This document shows positions 28,928-36,754 of a DNA stretch of 62,345 bases, in pieces; the stretch's first letter is position 1; each line of letters starts with the position of its first letter. The position numbers and the translations under genes were made by a program. Below the pieces are notes generated by a model that did not search any database, was not told where the DNA came from, and was given only the letters and a program-made list of their open reading frames with translations. Source of the stretch: Candidatus Nomurabacteria bacterium (GTDB lineage Bacteria; Patescibacteriota; Minisyncoccia; Phycocordibacterales; UBA2100); NCBI GenBank assembly GCA_943359395.1, contig CALRHH010000005.1, positions 1 through 62,345 on the forward strand, written 5' to 3'.

Positions 28928-30034
28928 ATGCTCGACCGTGCTGGGTACAGTTTGATAGCCGAGAAAACATTCAGTGATTTTAGATCGGCTCCTCCTGCAA
29001 AAGAAGATGCGTGGCGCTATTGTGTCCGCGTCACGTCAGGAACGACGGGAGGGCAGCTCATTGGTGCGGTACTACAATACCAAGCCGAATCCGTTAAGCG
29101 TTTTTCCCAACTCCGCGCTCCTGTTCTTTGTTTGGGTGCCTCGGCAACACGACTTGCGTACAATTTGCAGGCGAGACACGGAATGCCGGCGGAGTCTCGG
29201 TCGCTTGTATTGGATGGTGCGGATTTAAACTCAGAACTGAAAGTTGTATTAGCTCAATACGCTCCGGACAGCATCTTGGGCTTTGTTTCATTTGTTGTAC
29301 GTGTTGCGGAATATATCGACAGAGAAACAGCATTGGGTGTAAGAGCCATTATCTTGAGTGGGGAGTGCACCACAGAGGCGATGGAGAGTCTCTTGCGGGA
29401 CACATTTCCTAACGCGAGAATCACGAGCAGATATATTGCTCTAGAAGTCGGGCGTATTTCTGAGGTTTCGTGTGGATTCCAACCCCCCAATCACTACCAT
29501 CCTTATAAGGGCGTGAAGGTTGAAATAGACTCGCCTGATGAAAGTGGCGTAGGGAGTATTTTAGTGTCACCAAGTACCCGACCGGAGGTTATTCAATACC
29601 AGCTCGGGGATGTGGGAAGGCTGAAGAGCGAGCCCTGTCCTTGTGGAGCAACCGAGATTCTTGAGATAATGGGGCGTAACGGACGGGATTACGTAAAGCT
29701 CGCAGGTGCAATCGTGAGGAGGGAGGAGTGCGACCGCGTAATGCTGAGCGTCGCGCTGTTCGACGACTACCGATTAGACACCTCCCACGTAATTCTCGAT
29801 GGTAAGCTGCGGGGAAAGCTCCACTTGCGTGTATATCGAAAAGATGGACAACGGAGTCCTGATTTGGGGGCACGAATAGAGAAGGAATTTTCTCGACAGC
29901 TGTACCTCTCGCCCTCGCGGACGCTTGCCGAGCTTGTCAGAACGGGTGATTTTGTCCCGCTTTCCGTAACGTTTGCTGATGCGCCTTTTCCTATCAAAAA
30001 TAAAGAAATAAAAATCCTAATGGTCGACGCATAG
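28928..30034 (+). CDS. PaaK/phenylacetate-CoA ligase-like adenylate-forming enzyme (divergent)
   Basis: Motifs VTSGTTG, SGE, YIALEVG, YQLGDVG...EPCPCG...IMGR..DYVKLAG. TATAGT lies 7 nt before the ATG. Confidence 0.8.
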   Translation: MLDRAGYSLIAEKTFSDFRSAPPAKEDAWRYCVRVTSGTTGGQLIGAVLQYQAESVKRFSQLRAPVLCLGASATRLAYNLQARHGMPAESRSLVLDGADLNSELKVVLAQYAPDSILGFVSFVVRVAEYIDRETALGVRAIILSGECTTEAMESLLRDTFPNARITSRYIALEVGRISEVSCGFQPPNHYHPYKGVKVEIDSPDESGVGSILVSPSTRPEVIQYQLGDVGRLKSEPCPCGATEILEIMGRNGRDYVKLAGAIVRREECDRVMLSVALFDDYRLDTSHVILDGKLRGKLHLRVYRKDGQRSPDLGARIEKEFSRQLYLSPSRTLAELVRTGDFVPLSVTFADAPFPIKNKEIKILMVDA

Positions 30035-30036
30035 CT

Positions 30037-30801
30037 ATGAACGATACTCTTCACGAATCATTGCGCGTCTTGATAAACGAAGTTGGCTCGAACCAATTGG
30101 CTGACATCTACCATACCGTGTGGGGTGAGAGGCGAGCGCTCGATGTGCTCCCCGTTATTTCCCGCGATGAATTATTTGGTTCCCCACTTGCTAGTCGTCG
30201 ATACAAGTCTGCTAGTTCACTGGTAAAGATATTCCATGTCGGAGAGAAAACTTTCCTATCGGAATGGGCGTATGAAGATGTCGCCCGAGAGCAGTTCGGC
30301 ACCGAGACGAAGCGTCCGATGGTGTACTTGTCCGATAATGCCGAAAGTATAGAAAAGTCCATGTGGTGCTATGAGAGAGGAATGGTGCCTCTGATAGGGG
30401 AAGTACATAATCCCGCAGCGGCCGTAGCCATGGCAAAAAAGTACCAAATTGATTCGCTTATTACCGACGAATTGTCGTTGGAGCGATTCCGTCCTTTTTT
30501 TGGCGATTGTCCTTACACCTTGACTTCTATTTCAATTATTGGGCCGCAATTTACCATTGCGCGCATCCAGTGGGTTCTTCCCTACGCAAAAGAAGTTCGT
30601 CTTGTCCTCACTCTTCCAGAAACGGGGGCATTTGCTCGGGCAAAGCTGGAGGTGAATCCAGTTTTTTCACCGCTTCCTAGGTGCGATATTGAGACTGTCG
30701 GTGAGACGTTGGTCCTCACGAAACAAGACTCACTTGTCACACCGATTATTCGATACGATACGGCCATCTCATCAAAATCTGTCCGCATCCAGAACGCGTA
30801 G
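30037..30801 (+). CDS. Degenerate PaaK-like protein (second type)
   Basis: 254 aa with LPVISRDEL near the N-terminus and PIIRYDT near the C-terminus, but no SSGT P-loop. Lies directly after the ligase. Confidence 0.55.
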   Translation: MNDTLHESLRVLINEVGSNQLADIYHTVWGERRALDVLPVISRDELFGSPLASRRYKSASSLVKIFHVGEKTFLSEWAYEDVAREQFGTETKRPMVYLSDNAESIEKSMWCYERGMVPLIGEVHNPAAAVAMAKKYQIDSLITDELSLERFRPFFGDCPYTLTSISIIGPQFTIARIQWVLPYAKEVRLVLTLPETGAFARAKLEVNPVFSPLPRCDIETVGETLVLTKQDSLVTPIIRYDTAISSKSVRIQNA

Positions 30802-30804
30802 TCC

Positions 30805-31569
30805 CTAGGGTTCTCGACGTACGCTGTAGTGTGAAAAGAAGACCCGCTCAGTCAGTGAGATTGCACCAAAGATGAGCACGCCCCCCGCAATCAACACGAG
30901 GAGGGCTCCAAACATTTCAGCGGTACGGAAGTAGTAGTAGTTTGTAAGTATGAGATGCCCGAGACCGGCATTTGAGCTTACAAACTCCGCGGCAACGGCA
31001 CCTGCAATTGAGGTTGCAAGCGCCGCTTTTATTCCGGCAAAAAAGTAGGGAACAGCATTTGGAATCTGGAGCTTGAGAAGTACTTGAAATCGGGTAGCAG
31101 ACAACGAGCGCATGAGTTCGCGAGCGCCGCCGCTCACTTCGTCGAATCCTTTCATGAGGTTTATAACGGTAAAAAATGTTGAAACGACAGCGGCAGTCGC
31201 TGCTTTTGCAAGGAATCCATTACCCAGCCAGAGGAGTAGAAAAGGAGCGACGGCGATAATCGGCGCTATTCTCGTCGCAACCAAGTATGGGTAGAGGGTG
31301 CGTCGGGTGATAGGCCAGAGTTGAAATGAAATTGAAAGCAGCGTGCCTCCAACAATGCACAAAGCAAATCCCGTCAAAGCTTCTGAAAACGTGATTCCGG
31401 CATCGTAAAGGAGTGTCGGGTAGGAATTGCTTATTGACGCGAGTACACTCTGCGGTGAGGGGAGGAGATAGGAGGGGATTGAAAATACGCGAACAATAAA
31501 AGCCCAGAGGGCAATCCCTACGAAAGGAGCGATTATCGCGGGAAGAAATTGTTTTAGGATTGTGTTCAT
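30805..31569 (-). CDS. ABC transporter permease (NitT/TauT family)
   Basis: YLLPSP, six TM helices, EAA-like ELMRSLSATRFQVLLKLQIP, AEFVSSNAGLG. Confidence 0.9.
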   Translation of the reverse strand: MNTILKQFLPAIIAPFVGIALWAFIVRVFSIPSYLLPSPQSVLASISNSYPTLLYDAGITFSEALTGFALCIVGGTLLSISFQLWPITRRTLYPYLVATRIAPIIAVAPFLLLWLGNGFLAKAATAAVVSTFFTVINLMKGFDEVSGGARELMRSLSATRFQVLLKLQIPNAVPYFFAGIKAALATSIAGAVAAEFVSSNAGLGHLILTNYYYFRTAEMFGALLVLIAGGVLIFGAISLTERVFFSHYSVRREP

Positions 31570-32303
31570 ACAATCGTGGCGCGTATCTTCCGGCGCAAAG
31601 AATTAAAATGTTCCGAGTACCGTACATCCGAGGTCCTCTCTCGAGGTAAGTCAATAGTAAATTCTTCTTTTACCTCGCCAGGTCTTCCCGAGAGTACGAT
31701 CACGCGGTCGCTCAGAAAAACAGCTTCGTCTATATTGTGGGTGACGAATACGACGTTCTTCACGGTCGTCTCTTTGTTTTTCCATAACTGGAGAAGTTCG
31801 TCGTTGAGGCGTTCGCGTGTGATTTCGTCGAGGCTAGCAAAGGGCTCATCAAGGAGTAGTGTCGTTGGCTCAGAAATAAGTGCTCGCGCAATAGCCACCC
31901 TCTGTTGCATGCCACCAGAAAGCTCAGAAGGGTAACTGTCCTCGAAACCATCCAATCCGAGCTTCTTTAAAAGTTCTGGAATACCAGCCTCTTTTTGAAG
32001 CGAACACCCCTGAATTTCAAGTGGTAAACGCACGTTCTCTCTCGCCGTTCGCCATCGCATAAGTATTGGATCTTGAAACACAAACGAGAACGAGCTAGGT
32101 CCATTGTCCGTGGATACAGTTCGCGAGCCGGAAGTGGGGTTGATAAGACCGCCGATTATTTTTAGAAGAGTACTTTTCCCACAGCCCGAAGGTCCAACGA
32201 TAGAAACAAACTCATTTCCAGCGATCTCCATGGTGATACCCTGAAGGGCCGTTGCGCTTTTTTCCCCGTAATAAACTTTTGTGACATCGTCTAGTCTGAT
32301 CAT
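31566..32303 (-). CDS. ABC transporter ATP-binding protein (NitT/TauT family)
   Basis: Walker A GPSGCGKST, signature LSGGMQQR, Walker B LLLDEPF, VTH. Confidence 0.95.
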   Translation of the reverse strand: MIRLDDVTKVYYGEKSATALQGITMEIAGNEFVSIVGPSGCGKSTLLKIIGGLINPTSGSRTVSTDNGPSSFSFVFQDPILMRWRTARENVRLPLEIQGCSLQKEAGIPELLKKLGLDGFEDSYPSELSGGMQQRVAIARALISEPTTLLLDEPFASLDEITRERLNDELLQLWKNKETTVKNVVFVTHNIDEAVFLSDRVIVLSGRPGEVKEEFTIDLPRERTSDVRYSEHFNSLRRKIRATIV

Positions 32304-32346
32304 GTTGCTTTTAGGGACAATGTACCGAGTTTCTGGGACGAATGCG

Positions 32347-33351
32347 TTATATCTTCAGAAACTGATTCGTATACACATCTTGCAGGTTGAGCGGCTTTGC
32401 CATGAGTCCCTGCTCCAAGAGTGTGTCTTGCATTGTTTGCCACTTTGCTTCGTCCATCCAGCCCAGTGTTTCTCCGTCGGTATTCGGTAAGACGTACGCG
32501 GCCCGCGTTTTCAGCGCTTCAAGTTCAGCTTCTTTGTCGACCGTTCCCTGCATCTCCGCTGCCACCATATCAACCGCTTCCTCAGGATAATCAAACGCAT
32601 ACTTCCATCCCCGCAGTGTTGCCCGAATGTATTTTTGCACCGTATCAGGATGTTCTTCGATAAAACGGTCGGTAGTGAAGATGGTGTACCCGTAGGAGTC
32701 TATTCCGTATTCAAACGGATACAGTGCGTTGATTTCTATGCCATCCTTCTTGCCCGCTGCTTTTGCAAATATAAAGTCGGATATAAAACCAGGCTGAACG
32801 TCTACGGCACCACTAAATAAGGACGCAATGGCAGGATTCTTTTTGACCTCCGTGATCGTTGATGTCGCAAGACGCTCTTTCCGTACGAGTGCGCGATAAA
32901 CGACTTCCAGCGGCCTGCCGTAGGAAACAGCCACCGTCTTTCCCTCGAAGTCTTTCGGGCTGGAAATGCCGCTGCTCTTTTTAGAAAAGAACACATACGG
33001 GCTCTTGCGATCCAAAATCGCGACAGCCTTTATCGGAATGTCGTTTTGTCTCGCGAGCAATATGGATTCTGCGCCGCTTTCGACTCCGAAATCGGCTGCA
33101 CCTGACGTTACGAGTACTATAGAGGGAAAGTCGGGACCGCCTGGCTTGTTCGTCACGTCGAGACCTTCCTCTGCGTAGAATCCTTTCTTTTGCGCTACGA
33201 AAAAACCAGCTTGATTTGCGTTAACCAGCCAACCGAGTTGCACCGTTACTTTTGTGAGCGTTAACGGCTGGGTAGGTTTGAATGCATCCGCAACATATGC
33301 GACGACGACAATGAAGACGAGAAACACGAGAAAGATAAGTATCTTTTTCAT
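32347..33351 (-). CDS. ABC transporter substrate-binding protein (NMT1/THI5-like)
   Basis: QLGWLVNANQAGFFVAQKKGFYAEEGLDV, SPKDFEGKTV, FIEEHPDTV..RATLRGW. Start refined to MKKIL (33351). Confidence 0.85.
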   Translation of the reverse strand: MKKILIFLVFLVFIVVVAYVADAFKPTQPLTLTKVTVQLGWLVNANQAGFFVAQKKGFYAEEGLDVTNKPGGPDFPSIVLVTSGAADFGVESGAESILLARQNDIPIKAVAILDRKSPYVFFSKKSSGISSPKDFEGKTVAVSYGRPLEVVYRALVRKERLATSTITEVKKNPAIASLFSGAVDVQPGFISDFIFAKAAGKKDGIEINALYPFEYGIDSYGYTIFTTDRFIEEHPDTVQKYIRATLRGWKYAFDYPEEAVDMVAAEMQGTVDKEAELEALKTRAAYVLPNTDGETLGWMDEAKWQTMQDTLLEQGLMAKPLNLQDVYTNQFLKI

Positions 33352-33435
33352 ACATGCATATTCGTAAGGCTCGTAAAGCCGCCGCATTATAGCAATTGAC
33401 CAGGTCGGTACAACAGAGTGATACAATGCGCCCAA

Positions 33436-34818
33436 ATGAAGTCGCCAGATTCTTTTCAGGAGTTCCATCAACTAGCGGTACGGGACCCGTTGTGTGCTGC
33501 GGAGGGTATGGATATTGAACGGGCCGTACAGGGCCTCAATGAGATTCAACGCGCCATTGCCGAGGTAGAGCGTGAATCATGTGAGGGTAGTTTTTTGCGG
33601 AAACTTTTTATTGCGCGGTATCCGATAGCTCGGCATGTACTGCCGCTGCCGTTCCTTTGGAGTTTTGTTGATAGCGAGCGTGTACGAAGAGAGTACCTCG
33701 CTGATTCATCCGAAGAATCAGCACGAAAGCTCGCGCTCTCTTGGCGGGAATCTTCTCGGGTCCTCGAGAAATGCGCGAGGCGTTACATGAATCTCCATAG
33801 GACCTTCAGAGCGTTAGAGAACGTGGGGAACAGCGATGTGTTCGAGGACCGCTTCGGTAATTCATCTTCTTCGGCGTACATTCATAATTCAGTTGCTTCT
33901 TTAGTGCGCAATGCGATGACGTTACGAGGTGAGGCGGACCGGCGTTTTCGACTACTCTCTGGCGGAAGTAGCACCAAAGAGCCGCCGGCAGTCTCTCGTG
34001 AGACTCCCGTGCTCTTAGCGCACGAAGTCGACCTCTCTCCTGAGTCAGCCCGTGTTCATGCCCTTGAACGCTTGTATGGGACGCCGTTTCGGCATGTTGA
34101 TATTTTGGAGTCATACGGACCCTTTCGGTACAATCTTCGAAATTTTGAAGGAGTTACTACGCCGCACGACTTCACGCTCTATGTTACACGTAACAAGAAA
34201 ACGGGTCGCATTGGTATGGAAGTGTCGCGGGTGGATGCCTTTGTGTTTTATGAACTTACCGAGAGGCACAATTTTCATTTCAATGACATTTCAATGGCGA
34301 ACTACAGGTCGCTCATAGAACGTGGAATATCGTATTGGTACGAATCGTCCACGCATCTCTACACGATGCGTGACCAGCGATACTGGATGGATATCGCCAC
34401 CATCGTTGATTTGAAAAGACGGCCTGAATTGAATCGAAATTACCTCCTCACACAACGTTCCTCAATGTTCGATTTGCTGACTGACGTCTTTATACGACAC
34501 ACTCAATTCAATATCGGCTATGCGCGGCGGCGGAAATCGAACGGAACGGCGAGTACATACTCGCCGTATCGCGGACTCTTGAACCACAGCTATCCAAGTC
34601 TCTATTACCTCACGTTCAACAAAAGTGTGTGGCGTTTGCCTGAGGAGCCGCAGTTTATCGGTGATGGAAGAGTAAGTACGGAAGGAAGGCCGTATCGACC
34701 GAGTGCCGAGGTCTTGCCGACTTTAGTGTCGGGTGCACTCGAACAAGTAATGCAGGGTTCTCGCATACGCGAAGCGTACGAGCGAGAAAGGGGGATGGTT
34801 CCAATGGACGAGTACTAG
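33436..34818 (+). CDS. Hypothetical protein, divergent family X copy 4 (no TM anchor)
   Basis: RDPLCAAEGMD aligns with RSPLLGLEGTD; LPLPFL...ERVRREYL aligns with LYPIDFL...ETARKQFI; C-terminal PSLYY...RPY. Confidence 0.6.
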   Translation: MKSPDSFQEFHQLAVRDPLCAAEGMDIERAVQGLNEIQRAIAEVERESCEGSFLRKLFIARYPIARHVLPLPFLWSFVDSERVRREYLADSSEESARKLALSWRESSRVLEKCARRYMNLHRTFRALENVGNSDVFEDRFGNSSSSAYIHNSVASLVRNAMTLRGEADRRFRLLSGGSSTKEPPAVSRETPVLLAHEVDLSPESARVHALERLYGTPFRHVDILESYGPFRYNLRNFEGVTTPHDFTLYVTRNKKTGRIGMEVSRVDAFVFYELTERHNFHFNDISMANYRSLIERGISYWYESSTHLYTMRDQRYWMDIATIVDLKRRPELNRNYLLTQRSSMFDLLTDVFIRHTQFNIGYARRRKSNGTASTYSPYRGLLNHSYPSLYYLTFNKSVWRLPEEPQFIGDGRVSTEGRPYRPSAEVLPTLVSGALEQVMQGSRIREAYERERGMVPMDEY

Positions 34819-34994
34819 AAGAAATCGCCGCAGTTTGCAAAATATATTTCCTTCTGGTCTTTTATCGCTGTGTTTCCTGCGGGGTTCAGCTGCGTTTGTC
34901 GAGGTGCTCGGCGCGAAAAACTTGAGTATATATGAATAACCGAGAACACGATCCCTCCCAATACGTACATGAGAGTCTGAGAAATCCAGCTCAT
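34815..34994 (-). CDS. Small membrane-anchored peptide with C-terminal IYFANCGDFF motif (peptide 4; absent from the ORF track)
   Basis: Hand translation gives 59 aa: MSWISQTLMYVLGGIVFSVIHIYSSFSRRAPRQTQLNPAGNTAIKDQKEIYFANCGDFF*. TATACT (35002-35007) lies 7 nt upstream of the ATG. Confidence 0.7.
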   Translation of the reverse strand: MSWISQTLMYVLGGIVFSVIHIYSSFSRRAPRQTQLNPAGNTAIKDQKEIYFANCGDFF

Positions 34995-35079
34995 AACGGT
35001 AAGTATAGTGTCTCGACGCGTACCTGCAAACTTGAGCGTTCAGCTCTGGCAGATTATTTTTTCGACATAGAACCATAAA

Positions 35080-35108
35080 TTGACGTCTGGCATGGCAATG
35101 AATATAGT
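35080..35108 (+). promoter_or_regulatory. sigma70-type promoter of the first SSS gene
   Basis: TTGACG-N17-TATAGT. Confidence 0.6.
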
Positions 35109-35181
35109 GGCGGCTGGTCCTTTGAAATGGCCAACATCTTCAACAATGCTGCCAAAAGCGGCAGAGAAAGGGAAGTGAACT

Positions 35182-36648
35182 ATGACAACGGTCTTGTACT
35201 TTGCCTCAATCGGGGCATTTGCAACGTTTCTACTCTGGCTGCTATTCGGCTGGAGGCACGATCTCGATGCTCGGCTCGTCGCCAAGCGTCAAATTCCGTT
35301 CGAAGTTGTCGGCACGTGGATGGCAGTTGCCTTCACGTGGGGGACGACGTATCTCTATACGGCATCGCTCACATACAGCCAGGGCATCGTCGGCTTCAGT
35401 GTGTTTGCCTTCGGCAACACCCTCGGGCTTATCTTGCCGTACTGGATTGCTGGGCGCATGCGGACCCCCGAAAAGAAGTATTCGTGGCCCGAAGCGATGG
35501 GCGAATGGTATGGATGGGGGGCCGGCAAGTGCAGCGCGGTGTTCAGTATGTTGGTGCAGGTGCTCTACGCGCTTTCGCTCCAATTCATCGTGGTGACGCT
35601 TGTGTTGACGAAAATCGTGGGCGTCAGTCCGGACGTCGCTATCGCTTCTTCGGCGAGTCTCATGCTCGTCATGATGGCGCTCGGCGGCATCCGCTCGTCC
35701 TTCACGCTCGATATCTTGAAGGCGGGCATGATGTCTGCACTGATTCTCTACATCGCTCCGCACACGATTGATCATGCGGGCGGCATCAGTGCGGTTATAG
35801 GCGGGTTGTCTGGCGTTGTCGGCGTACCCGCTGCGAAAGAGTCGATGACTGTGTTTCTCCTCACCTCAGGAGTGCCTATCATCGTGTCTCTCGTTACTGC
35901 AGGCGCTATCGACCAAGCGCTGTACCAGCGGTACTTCTCGGCGAAGCCGGGACCGCGACGTGCAACCGTATTCTTTATGGTGGTCGGGGTAAGCCTGTTC
36001 GTGCTGAACATGGTGGCGTCGGGTGCACTCGGTGCGCTCGCCGCGAATCCTCTGCTCGGTGTCGAAATCGCTAAAGGTCAAGAAGGAATCGCGGGCTTCA
36101 TCGCGATTCAAAAGTTCGCACCTGAAGTCGCGAACTTCTTCATCTTGACCGTCGTCGTCTCGTTCTTCGCGAGCGGTGACACGGCACTCAACGCGTCGAC
36201 TGGCGTCTTCATCAAGGAGATCGTGCAGCCGATGTGGCCGAAGGCGTCAGACTATACGCTGCGTGTGGTTCAGGTCGTTGCCGCGGCGGTCTTCATCATC
36301 CCAGCGGCGTATGTTGCGCACATCGGGACGAGCATGTTGTTCATGGTAGCCATTGTGGGCGTGTTCCGCTCCCCGTTCTTGTTCCCGACTCTTTATGGGG
36401 CATTGGCGGGGAAGGTACGCGCTCAGAATGTACTCGGCATCATCGCGATTGCGATGGTTGTGGGCGTCGGTCTCTTCACAACCGGCAAATATTGCTCACT
36501 GCCAAAGCAGTCGTGCGAACTCCCGCTGATGGGAGCCGAGGGCTACATGTTCGTTGGCTCGCTGGCAGGCTGGATAATTACGGGCCTGTATTTCACTGTG
36601 GTGTGGTGGAAGCATCGTACGCCACAGGGTGCAGTACAGCGCTCGTAG
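35182..36648 (+). CDS. Sodium:solute symporter family protein
   Basis: 488 aa with ~13 TM helices; motifs GGIRSSFTLD, DQALYQRYFS, ASGDTALNA. Confidence 0.8.
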   Translation: MTTVLYFASIGAFATFLLWLLFGWRHDLDARLVAKRQIPFEVVGTWMAVAFTWGTTYLYTASLTYSQGIVGFSVFAFGNTLGLILPYWIAGRMRTPEKKYSWPEAMGEWYGWGAGKCSAVFSMLVQVLYALSLQFIVVTLVLTKIVGVSPDVAIASSASLMLVMMALGGIRSSFTLDILKAGMMSALILYIAPHTIDHAGGISAVIGGLSGVVGVPAAKESMTVFLLTSGVPIIVSLVTAGAIDQALYQRYFSAKPGPRRATVFFMVVGVSLFVLNMVASGALGALAANPLLGVEIAKGQEGIAGFIAIQKFAPEVANFFILTVVVSFFASGDTALNASTGVFIKEIVQPMWPKASDYTLRVVQVVAAAVFIIPAAYVAHIGTSMLFMVAIVGVFRSPFLFPTLYGALAGKVRAQNVLGIIAIAMVVGVGLFTTGKYCSLPKQSCELPLMGAEGYMFVGSLAGWIITGLYFTVVWWKHRTPQGAVQRS

Positions 36649-36679
36649 TTCGTAAGAAACGGCCAAATCAAGAAATATG

Positions 36680-36712
36680 CAGGGCGCGGCCATCTCGGTC
36701 GCGCCCTGTTCT
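36680..36712 (+). terminator. Hairpin / possible terminator after SSS gene 1
   Basis: CAGGGCGCGGCC-ATCTC-GGTCGCGCCCTG followed by TTCT (short U tail). Confidence 0.45.
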
Positions 36713-36754
36713 ACTACACACACGTAGACGTGGGGTGTGGTATAACGTACGCAC

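Noticed and set aside
17295-30034. paa phenylacetate catabolic operon, or an NRPS cluster
   Set aside because: No PaaA-E/PaaZ, carrier (T) or condensation domains are seen, so the paaK symbol was not assigned.
16696-34994. Lipoproteins, or double-glycine bacteriocin leaders
   Set aside because: The conserved Cys-Gly-Gly is at the extreme C-terminus, not after a signal peptide (lipobox) or before a core peptide, and no C39 peptidase ABC transporter is present.
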